A stretch of 32,000 bases of DNA from Candidatus Saccharimonadota bacterium. Lineage in GTDB: Bacteria > Patescibacteriota > Microgenomatia > UBA1406 > GWC2-37-13. The translations under genes and the position numbers were made by a program. The stretch lies in assembly GCA_016700135.1 (NCBI GenBank), contig CP065004.1, positions 1,170,001-1,202,000 of the forward strand, in the 5' to 3' direction. Positions within the stretch are counted from its first letter, which is position 1; each line of letters begins with the position of its first letter. Shown here in pieces: positions 1-6,437 of this stretch. The notes under the pieces were generated by a model, which worked only from the letters and a program-made list of their open reading frames with translations, was not told the DNA's origin and searched no databases.

Positions 1-276
1 GGAGCGATTGCGACTTATAAACGTGTCAGGGAGCTTATTGCAAATAAAGAAACCGTATCTATTCAATATGATCCTGACAGTAAATCGCCTTGGATCACCT
101 ATCGTCAGAACGGCCGGATCAAGCAAATTTACTATGAAGACGAGAAATCCCTTGAATCAAAAATTGAGTTTATTCATGACAGAGATCTGGCCGGGATAGC
201 CATTTGGTCACTGGGATATGAAGGTGATTACATAGAGCCATGGATCGTGATAAAGGGAGGGATATGGCAGGAATAA
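1..276 (+). CDS. C-terminal fragment (5'-truncated by the window edge) of a glycoside hydrolase family 18-like protein
   Basis: Frame 1 is open from base 1 to TAA at 274-276. The translation ends ...IEFIHDRDLAGIAIWSLGYEGDYIEPW..., resembling the C-terminal GxxxW.LG.(D/E) strand of GH18 chitinase/YaaH-like enzymes. It is absent from the ORF track because it has no start codon in the window. Confidence 0.55.
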   Translation, partial: GAIATYKRVRELIANKETVSIQYDPDSKSPWITYRQNGRIKQIYYEDEKSLESKIEFIHDRDLAGIAIWSLGYEGDYIEPWIVIKGGIWQE

Positions 277-280
277 AACG

Positions 281-289
281 TGGTATAAT
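281..289 (+). promoter_or_regulatory. Extended -10 promoter element TGgTATAAT upstream of tRNA-Thr
   Basis: TGGTATAAT at 281-289 lies 13 nt upstream of the mature tRNA 5' end (303). The tRNA-Val locus has the same 13-nt geometry. Confidence 0.45.
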
Positions 290-302
290 CTTTTAAAAGA
301 AA

Positions 303-375
303 GCCAATGTAGCTCAGTTGGTAGAGCAATGCTTTCGTAAAGCAGAGGTCGGGGGTTCGACTCCCCCCATTGGCT
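303..375 (+). tRNA. tRNA-Thr (anticodon CGT)
   Basis: Hand-folded 73-nt cloverleaf: GCCAATG-TA-GCTC-AGTTGGTA-GAGC-A-ATGCT-TTCGTAA-AGCAG-AGGTC-GGGGG-TTCGACT-CCCCC-CATTGGC-T. The acceptor stem pairs 7/7, and the T-loop (TTCGA) and D-loop are canonical. CCA is not encoded. Confidence 0.95.
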
Positions 376-376
376 C

Positions 377-1093
377 ATGAGATCCCGTCTGTATCAACAT
401 AAACAGCATGAAAACAACAGAAAGTTGTTTGGATTGCTGCTTTTCATACTTATACTGAGCGTATTTATGGTCACGGTAGGATTTCGTTTGCTAATAAACG
501 CGACAATATTTATAAGCGGTTTGATCAACCCGCAATCTGAGGAGACTGCACAGGAAAAGAATAAAGAAGATTTTTACGGAGTCTTTGATCTTGAAGAACC
601 GCCCACTGCTACAAACTCTGCTCAAATATACGTTTCAGGAACTGTTGAAGATTTTGAGAAACTGGATATTTATATCAACAATACGAAAGCGGAGTCAGTG
701 ACTGTAAAAGGGAAGAGCAGTTTTAATGAAAAGATCGGTCCTTTAAAACAAGGTGAAAATAAGATTTATGCCATTGCCAGATCCGGTACCGAACATTCAA
801 AAGAATCTGAGACATATACAGTTTTTTACAAGAAAGAACCTTTAAAACTGGAAATCGAATCACCCTCAGCAGACATGAAAACGTCGACACAGGAACTGAG
901 TATTAAAGGATTGACCGACCAGGGTGCATCACTTCGTGTAAACGGCCAACCGATTGTTGTTGACCTTTCAGGGGAGTTCAGTAGTACTTACCGGCTAAAA
1001 GACGGCGAAAATACCCTGCTGTTTGTAGCAACGGATGCAGCCGGAAATACCGTGGAACAGGAGCTGAAAGTCACGTATCAAAGAGAGGATTGA
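377..1093 (+). CDS. Membrane-anchored protein with two tandem Ig-like/beta-sandwich repeats (hypothetical)
   Basis: 238-aa ORF with a basic N-terminus and a TM helix (LFGLLLFILILSVFMVTVGF). Two repeats follow, each ending in a ...LK.GEN.....A.......Y.V.Y pattern. The ATG begins 1 nt after the tRNA-Thr discriminator base. Confidence 0.75.
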   Translation: MRSRLYQHKQHENNRKLFGLLLFILILSVFMVTVGFRLLINATIFISGLINPQSEETAQEKNKEDFYGVFDLEEPPTATNSAQIYVSGTVEDFEKLDIYINNTKAESVTVKGKSSFNEKIGPLKQGENKIYAIARSGTEHSKESETYTVFYKKEPLKLEIESPSADMKTSTQELSIKGLTDQGASLRVNGQPIVVDLSGEFSSTYRLKDGENTLLFVATDAAGNTVEQELKVTYQRED

Positions 1094-2256
1094 GTTCTGT
1101 GACTTTTTCTATACCCTTCAAGTAGAAACAAAAGAAACAACAAAAACGGATGCAGCAGAACATTATCAAATACTGAAATCACGCTCAAAAGGACAATACC
1201 AAACATCATAAATTCTGATGTCCTGGCAAGACTGATAAGCATCCATATATACAAACCAAGACCGATCACGCCTCCGGTCACAAGTATGACTAAAAAGCTT
1301 GAATGAAACGCAGTACTGCCATGTGAAGGATTATAAGGTCCGTAAAACAACTGTTCTTCATATATGTCCTTTTCGTATCTAATGTGGTTGTAGCCTATTC
1401 CCGCTACAGGATTTTTTCTCCAAATCATAATTGCTTTTTCATAATCATTGATTCTGGCTTCGATTGAAGTTGTCCTCAATAAATTTATTCCTTCACTTGA
1501 GCCTTTGGGAATAAAAAGAAAACCGGCGACTAAGACCGCTAAGCCAATCAATACAGTTTTCCGGCTGAACCTCCTGATGACGTACAATACGCTGACTGCA
1601 ATCAGTGCCAACCCCCCCCCTCTTGAGTATGTCAGAAAACTCAGTATAAAAAGGGGAATTATAAATCCGAGTTTTTTCCAATCATGATTGCTTTGCAGTT
1701 CAAGCAGGTAAAATATCATGAGCAAAAGAAATACAGATACGGTCACGGGAGGATCAAAAAAAAGTCCTACCACCCGGTATAAATGAGGGTCCCAACCGAG
1801 ATAAGCCAGATTGCCGAGATTCTGATACAGGAAGTACTGAATAAATGAAGACAAAATAACCCAGACTGTGACTAGATTAAGAATAACAATAGGCCGTTTT
1901 GATTGCTTCTCATGAGTAAAAAAATAACTGACATACACATAAAAGATAAAATAAAGAAGAAGTCTAAGATAATACAAAAACGCAACGGTATTTTGTTCTA
2001 AACTATAAAATCTCAAAGAAAGAACAAATGATATAAGTATCCAGATAAAAAAAACGATAATGGGGCTGTATTTGCTCTCCATCAGCGGATTTTTACGGTA
2101 CTTCACTAGTAGGATACCCGACACCGCTGCTACAAACACTTCGTAGAGATAAAAAAATACCGGCTGTTCCGGAATGCTGATTCTTGCAAGCTGCCCAAAA
2201 GAAAATAAAACAAGTGATATGCTCAACAGAACCGTAATAATCCGTGTTTTATTCAT
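1078..2256 (-). CDS. O-antigen ligase/polymerase-like (Wzy_C family) polytopic membrane protein
   Basis: 392-aa ORF with about 10 hydrophobic segments and a ...TYSRGGGLALIAVSVLY... motif typical of the O-antigen ligase domain. Its start overlaps the stop of the upstream GT2 gene by 8 nt. Confidence 0.8.
   Translation of the reverse strand: MNKTRIITVLLSISLVLFSFGQLARISIPEQPVFFYLYEVFVAAVSGILLVKYRKNPLMESKYSPIIVFFIWILISFVLSLRFYSLEQNTVAFLYYLRLLLYFIFYVYVSYFFTHEKQSKRPIVILNLVTVWVILSSFIQYFLYQNLGNLAYLGWDPHLYRVVGLFFDPPVTVSVFLLLMIFYLLELQSNHDWKKLGFIIPLFILSFLTYSRGGGLALIAVSVLYVIRRFSRKTVLIGLAVLVAGFLFIPKGSSEGINLLRTTSIEARINDYEKAIMIWRKNPVAGIGYNHIRYEKDIYEEQLFYGPYNPSHGSTAFHSSFLVILVTGGVIGLGLYIWMLISLARTSEFMMFGIVLLSVISVFDNVLLHPFLLFLLFLLEGYRKSHRTQSSL
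1612..1620 (-). repeat. G9 homopolymer (C9 on the + strand) inside the O-antigen-ligase-like CDS
   Basis: accccccccct at 1611-1621 encodes Gly-Gly-Gly as GGG GGG GGG in the SRGGGLAL motif. Confidence 0.9.
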
Positions 2257-3001
2257 GTTTCATCTGTTTGATAAATAACGTACTTCGAACGAGAAATGAG
2301 TGAAAGCTCATCAAAAATGAATACACAAAGCCCGCAGTTCCGTCCTTTAAGCCTCCTTTGATCACATATGTGTAAAGAAACTTCCCGATGGGAAAAGCAA
2401 CTATCTCATACATATTAGTTCGCTTATTCAGCAAGAATAATTCATCGGCGCGGATCTGACTGTACGTATTTATGTGCTGCAGGAACTCATGTATCGTCTG
2501 GTGAGGGTAATGCTCAATAAAACCGTCCAACGATGATATTCGGCCGACAGTGGTCCATTCTTCATGTATCGAACCTTTCCATAAACCGGATCCTTTCTTC
2601 ATCAGGCGAATAATTCCGCGTTTATAAACTTTTGCAACCTCTCCATGCTCGAGGACCCTTCCCATAAACCGGTCCCGTCTTCGCAGATAGTACGCATCGG
2701 CACTCGGTTGTTCCATCTCGTGCCTGATATTTGCCCGCAGATCAGGACTGATTTCTTCATCCGCATCAAGATACAACAGCCAATTGCCTTTCGCCTGCTC
2801 AGCTCCGAGATTTCGCAAATTTGAAAAGTTTCCGGAAGTTTTGTCATATATCACCCGTGCTCCGGCTTCATGTGCTATTTCTCCCGTTTCATCGGTTGAA
2901 TTGTTGTCTATAAGAAGGAGTTCGTCACAAAAAGAAAGTGATTTTAATGCCTGCTGTACAATCTCAGCCTCGTTTTTTGCTATAACAATACCGGTAAGCA
3001 T
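2249..3001 (-). CDS. Family 2 glycosyltransferase
   Basis: 250-aa ORF. The N-terminus GIVIAKNEAEIVQQALKSLSFCDELLLIDNNSTDETGEIA and the downstream LYLDADE (DxD-like) are typical of GT2. Confidence 0.9.
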   Translation of the reverse strand: MLTGIVIAKNEAEIVQQALKSLSFCDELLLIDNNSTDETGEIAHEAGARVIYDKTSGNFSNLRNLGAEQAKGNWLLYLDADEEISPDLRANIRHEMEQPSADAYYLRRRDRFMGRVLEHGEVAKVYKRGIIRLMKKGSGLWKGSIHEEWTTVGRISSLDGFIEHYPHQTIHEFLQHINTYSQIRADELFLLNKRTNMYEIVAFPIGKFLYTYVIKGGLKDGTAGFVYSFLMSFHSFLVRSTLFIKQMKHE

Positions 3002-3003
3002 GA

Positions 3004-3258
3004 TTATAGTTCTATTTTACTCGTATCAAGAGTATCAAGGAAGTACCAAATACCGTGAAGAAGACCGTATAAAGCAATTGAGGCAATAACGAATATAATG
3101 ATCCAAATAGTCATCCTTTGACCTTGCGTTTTTGTCATTTTGAGTTTGTCATCATATTCTATCGCAGCAAAAAAGATTGCATGAAACAAATCGAGAACAA
3201 ACCGTTTGAGAAAATTAAAAACAGTCCACATATCAATTGCAGTTAACGCTAACAGCAT
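3004..3258 (-). CDS. Small hypothetical membrane protein (85 aa from ATG 3258; shorter starts possible)
   Basis: The ORF-track entry 3004..3324 runs into the tRNA, so it is trimmed to the first ATG downstream of the tRNA 3' end (3258, 4 nt after the tRNA). It has a C-terminal TM helix (MTIWIIIFVIASIALYGLLHGIWYF). Its stop is 2 nt from the GT2 start. Confidence 0.4.
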   Translation of the reverse strand: MLLALTAIDMWTVFNFLKRFVLDLFHAIFFAAIEYDDKLKMTKTQGQRMTIWIIIFVIASIALYGLLHGIWYFLDTLDTSKIEL

Positions 3259-3262
3259 ATAT

Positions 3263-3439
3263 TGGTCGTACCTTGACTTGAACCAGGGACCTTCCGAACC
3301 TGCCCACCGCTTTTGTGCACACATCTGGACTTGAACCAGAGACCTTTCGAATGTGAATCGAATGCTCTACCAACTGAGCTATGTGTGCTATGGCAGGCGG
3401 GTGTGAATCGAACGCTCTAGCCAACTGAGCTATACGACC
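3263..3439 (-). tRNA. Interrupted tRNA-Val(CAC)-like gene: 5' half 3439-3402, 3' half 3298-3263, with a 103-nt insert (3401-3299) at anticodon-loop position 37/38 that contains another tRNA
   Basis: The halves join into a 74-nt cloverleaf: GGTCGTA-TA-GCTC-AGTTGGCTA-GAGC-G-TTCGA-TTCACA|T-TCGGA-AGGTC-CCTGG-TTCAAGT-CAAGG-TACGACC-A. The acceptor stem pairs 7/7 and the anticodon stem 5/5 (one G.U). There is one G.A mismatch at 52-62. Whether it is functional or a relic is unknown. Confidence 0.6.
3316..3388 (-). tRNA. tRNA-Val (anticodon CAC), nested within the interrupted tRNA
   Basis: Perfect 73-nt cloverleaf on the minus strand: GCACACA-TA-GCTC-AGTTGGTA-GAGC-A-TTCGA-TTCACAT-TCGAA-AGGTC-TCTGG-TTCAAGT-CCAGA-TGTGTGC-A. 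CCA is not encoded. Confidence 0.95.
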
Positions 3440-3452
3440 AAAGACTAGAAAG

Positions 3453-3461
3453 ATTATATCA
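3453..3461 (-). promoter_or_regulatory. Extended -10 element TGaTATAAT upstream of the tRNA-Val locus
   Basis: The reverse complement of 3453-3461 is TGATATAAT, 13 nt upstream of the outer tRNA 5' end (3439). Confidence 0.45.
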
Positions 3462-3470
3462 TTACAGCGG

Positions 3471-3499
3471 TTGTATTTACACTCAGACTTCTTTACAAT
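3471..3499 (+). promoter_or_regulatory. Sigma70-like promoter TTGTAT-17-TACAAT placed 8 nt before the lepB ATG
   Basis: TTGTAT at 3471-3476, a 17-nt spacer, TACAAT at 3494-3499, ATG at 3508. There is no SD between them. Confidence 0.5.
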
Positions 3500-3507
3500 T
3501 AGTCCAT

Positions 3508-4107
3508 ATGTCTATCGTGAAAGGGCTGATCATGTTTGTGATGGAGATTATGGAGACAGTGGTATTCGTAGGGTCTCTCTTCATCGTCATTTACCTTTTT
3601 GTACTTCAACCGAACCAGATAAAAGGAGCATCAATGGAACCGACTTTTTACAACGGGAATTATATTTTTACCAGTAAAATCACCTACAAATTGCGTCTTC
3701 CCGAGCGGGGAGATGTCGTGGTGTTTCATTCACCCCGTAATCCGGATATCGAATATATCAAACGGATCATCGGGATACCGGGTGATACCGTACTCATCGA
3801 AAATCAGCAGGTCTATGTCAACGGGCAACGTGTAGAAGAACCCTATATATCATCCCCTACTACACTTATTCCCGGGAACTTTGCTGAAGAAGGAGTTCCG
3901 ATTGATATTCCGGAAGGATATTATTTTGTAATGGGTGACAACAGACCCCGCTCGTCAGATTCACGTGAGTTTGGGCCGGTTCCCGGTACAAGTTTTGTCG
4001 GACAGGTCTTTTTCCGCTATTTCCCGACAGATAAACTTGGAGCAATCACAAATCCGTATGATGAATCTCTGAGAACCCGAAACGCAATCGCATTTGCTCT
4101 AAGATGA
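3508..4107 (+). CDS. lepB: Signal peptidase I
   Basis: 199 aa with an N-terminal TM helix. It has the catalytic Ser box GASMEPTF, the Lys box region YIKRIIGIPGD, and GDNRPRSSDSR. Confidence 0.9.
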   Translation: MSIVKGLIMFVMEIMETVVFVGSLFIVIYLFVLQPNQIKGASMEPTFYNGNYIFTSKITYKLRLPERGDVVVFHSPRNPDIEYIKRIIGIPGDTVLIENQQVYVNGQRVEEPYISSPTTLIPGNFAEEGVPIDIPEGYYFVMGDNRPRSSDSREFGPVPGTSFVGQVFFRYFPTDKLGAITNPYDESLRTRNAIAFALR

Positions 4108-4110
4108 CAC

Positions 4111-4695
4111 TCAATCAAGCTGCTTCAGCTGTTTCCCTTTTTCTTCATCAGAAAGTTGATGTTTGAGTTTTTCAACCACTTCTTCAATAAAAGCAGTTGT
4201 AGTGTCCGTATTTCCCCTTTTTTCCAACACTATCTTTGTCCGTACCCGTGATTGTATAAGTGTTACTTTTGCGTTCAAAATATCACGAAGCTCCTTTTCA
4301 AGTGCTTCAAGATGTCTGGTATCGATACTCTTCCCTTCATCTTCTACATCGTATTTGAACTTGCGAATCAATAACTCAGTCTGTCCTGCTGTAAGACCTT
4401 TCTTCAAGATCTGTTCATATGCATCAATAATCTCTTCTTCGGTTTGAAGTCGTGATAGAATCATCAGATGTGTCGGGGAAAGCTGTTCTGCATAATATCC
4501 GTCGACAACTATCTGCGGAATTTTTGTCAGACGAAGTAGATGAGAGACATATGAAGGATGTTTGTGAATTGCCCTGGCAATTCTCTTTACGGAAACCTCA
4601 CGGTCAAAACGAAGTCTTTTCACGATTTCTGCTTTTTGTAGGACATCCTTTTCCTGATTTAGTTTGTCAAAAAGTTCTTGTGTTGCGGTGTCCAT
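4111..4695 (-). CDS. ParB-like HTH DNA-binding protein lacking the N-terminal ParB/Srx (CTPase) domain
   Basis: 194 aa. VSVKRIARAIHKHPSYVSHLLRLTKIPQIVVDGYYAEQLSPTHLMILSRL matches the ParB HTH region (..S.V.N.LRLL.LP..V......G.LS.GHA..L). No GERR-type box precedes it. Confidence 0.6.
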   Translation of the reverse strand: MDTATQELFDKLNQEKDVLQKAEIVKRLRFDREVSVKRIARAIHKHPSYVSHLLRLTKIPQIVVDGYYAEQLSPTHLMILSRLQTEEEIIDAYEQILKKGLTAGQTELLIRKFKYDVEDEGKSIDTRHLEALEKELRDILNAKVTLIQSRVRTKIVLEKRGNTDTTTAFIEEVVEKLKHQLSDEEKGKQLKQLD

Positions 4696-4736
4696 GAAGA
4701 CAAAAGATGGTAGTAAACGTCAAAAGAAAGACGGAA

Positions 4737-4982
4737 TCAGACAACTCTTACGTACTGTTTTCCCATGCGTGTATAGAACTCAACAGTTCCTTCACGAAGG
4801 GCGATAAGAGTAAAATCTTTTGACAAAAGAACGCCGTCACCGGCATGTACTTTACTGCCGCGCTGTCTTATGATGACATTTCCGGCCTGTGCCAGTTGAC
4901 CGCCAAACAGTTTTACACCAAGTCTTTTTGAAATCGAATCACGATTTCCTTTAACTGCTCGCTGAGCTTTAGTATGAGCCAT
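4737..4982 (-). CDS. rpmA: 50S ribosomal protein L27
   Basis: 81 aa: MAHTKAQRAVKGNRDSISKRLGVKLFGGQ...GNVIIRQRGSKVHAG. This is the canonical L27 signature. Confidence 0.95.
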   Translation of the reverse strand: MAHTKAQRAVKGNRDSISKRLGVKLFGGQLAQAGNVIIRQRGSKVHAGDGVLLSKDFTLIALREGTVEFYTRMGKQYVRVV

Positions 4983-4994
4983 AGAATATAATCG

Positions 4995-5306
4995 TTAAAT
5001 TGCTGTAATTTTAATTCTGGTAAGCTGAGGTCGAAAACCGCGAACCTTTCGGTATCGTACTTTTGCTTTAAACTTTGCCACACGTACTTTATCACCTTTA
5101 AGGTTTTCAATAACCTTTGCTGTTACTTTTCCTTTCAGTTCAGGAGCACCGATTTCGGCATCCGCTTTATCTGAATCAAATGAAAGAAGAGCCGGAAACT
5201 CAACCGTCTCATCAGCGTTTCTGTTGATATTTTCAACAATGAGTTCATCGTTTTTTTGTACGAGGTACTGTTTTCCACCCACCTCAATAACTGCATGCGT
5301 TTTCAT
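4995..5306 (-). CDS. rplU: 50S ribosomal protein L21
   Basis: 103 aa: M.THAVIEVGGKQYLVQKNDELIVE...KFKAKVRYRKVRGFRPQLTRIKI. It sits immediately upstream of rpmA, as in most bacteria. Confidence 0.95.
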   Translation of the reverse strand: MKTHAVIEVGGKQYLVQKNDELIVENINRNADETVEFPALLSFDSDKADAEIGAPELKGKVTAKVIENLKGDKVRVAKFKAKVRYRKVRGFRPQLTRIKITAI

Positions 5307-5312
5307 TTCATT

Positions 5313-5340
5313 ATTATACTGTAAATTAACAGAAGTGCAA
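5313..5340 (-). promoter_or_regulatory. Near-consensus promoter TTGCAC-16-TATAAT ending 6 nt before the rplU ATG
   Basis: The minus strand reads TTGCAC (5340-5335), a 16-nt spacer, TATAAT (5318-5313), AATGAA, then ATG (5306). No SD is present. Confidence 0.6.
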
Positions 5341-5342
5341 GA

Positions 5343-6395
5343 CTATTGTTTAGGAGGTATCAGAGCCATTGCAATCATGAAAGTAATCATCGATGAACCT
5401 CCGTATGAGACAAACGGCAGCGTAATTCCCGCGATCGGCACAATGCCCAAATTCATACCGATATTGACCGCCGTTTGGACAATCATCATCACGGAAAAAC
5501 CCAGCAGATAATAAAATGAATACTGCTCATCATAGTCCCTTCCGTGCATATGTCTGAACATTTGTATAAAAACAAAAAGGAAAAAAATAATGTAGAGAAA
5601 AATAACAATAAAACCACCGATAAACCCGAATTGCTCGACAAGTGATGAAAAAGCAAAGTCAGTGTGGTACTCCGGTAAAAACGAAAGCTGTGACTGCTTG
5701 CCTAAACCCAGACCTTTCCCGAACAAATTCCCGGATCCGACGGCAATATTTGCCTGAACCATATTGTAGGAGGTTCCGGAAGTGTCATGCTCAGGGTCCA
5801 TAAAACTCAAAATTCTTGCTTTTTGATAGTCATGCATTGCAATCCAGGCTACCGGGAGCAAACAAAGGAGAATCAGAAGGAATATCATGATGTGTCTTTT
5901 CGGAATGGAGGAATGAAGCGCCATGACAAAAAAGATTCCGAATACAATAATACTTGTTGCCAGATCAGGCTGTTTATATATGAAAAAAAACGGCAATAAT
6001 GTAAGCATCAGCGTTTTCAGAAATAATCTGCCGTTTTCAATCGGGTTATAGACTTTCGCAAAGATTGTTGAAAGGAAAACAATAAAGAATACTTTAAAGA
6101 TTTCAGAAGTCTGGAGCGGAAAAATATAAAGATCAAGCCATCTGCGTGATCCCTTGATGTCCATCCCGAAAAAAAATGTAATAATCAGGAGGATAAGCGA
6201 AAAAACATAAAAAAAGGAAGCATTCGACCGGAAAAAATGCTTGTGCATTTGGAGATAACGGATAACAAAGAAAAAAGCAATTCCGATCCCGAAATGCATT
6301 AGGGACGTCGTAACTAGATCAGGCCGAATCCCGAATAAATTGATCAGTCCGAAAAGGTAAATAAGCAGTATCGGAAGAAAATACACAAGTGACAT
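5343..6395 (-). CDS. rodA: SEDS-family peptidoglycan glycosyltransferase, RodA-like
   Basis: 350 aa, polytopic. GKGLGLGKQSQLSFLPEYHTDFAFSSLVEQFGFIGG and LPFVSYGGSSM match the RodA-type (Q.SQL.FLPE.HTDF) rather than the FtsW-type motif. Confidence 0.8.
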   Translation of the reverse strand: MSLVYFLPILLIYLFGLINLFGIRPDLVTTSLMHFGIGIAFFFVIRYLQMHKHFFRSNASFFYVFSLILLIITFFFGMDIKGSRRWLDLYIFPLQTSEIFKVFFIVFLSTIFAKVYNPIENGRLFLKTLMLTLLPFFFIYKQPDLATSIIVFGIFFVMALHSSIPKRHIMIFLLILLCLLPVAWIAMHDYQKARILSFMDPEHDTSGTSYNMVQANIAVGSGNLFGKGLGLGKQSQLSFLPEYHTDFAFSSLVEQFGFIGGFIVIFLYIIFFLFVFIQMFRHMHGRDYDEQYSFYYLLGFSVMMIVQTAVNIGMNLGIVPIAGITLPFVSYGGSSMITFMIAMALIPPKQ

Positions 6396-6437
6396 AATGT
6401 ACCGTAAAGTATACCTTTTTTCACCGAAAATGGCTAT

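Noticed and set aside
3299-3401. I tested whether the 103-nt insert in the outer tRNA-Val is an archaeal-type bulge-helix-bulge intron or a group I intron.
   Set aside because: For a canonical BHB, nt 32-35 (UUCA) should pair with the 4 intron nt preceding a 3-nt 3' bulge (GGCA). Only 2 of 4 positions pair, so there is no BHB. At 103 nt, mostly occupied by a tRNA cloverleaf, the insert is far too short for a group I core (P3-P9). The nesting finding stands, but neither known splicing mechanism is supported.
3233-3424. ORF-track entries 3233..3424 (-) and the 5' part of 3004..3324 (-).
   Set aside because: They run straight through the tRNA genes. The peptide ...AQLVEHS... is the typical spurious translation of a tRNA D-arm, so they are not coding.
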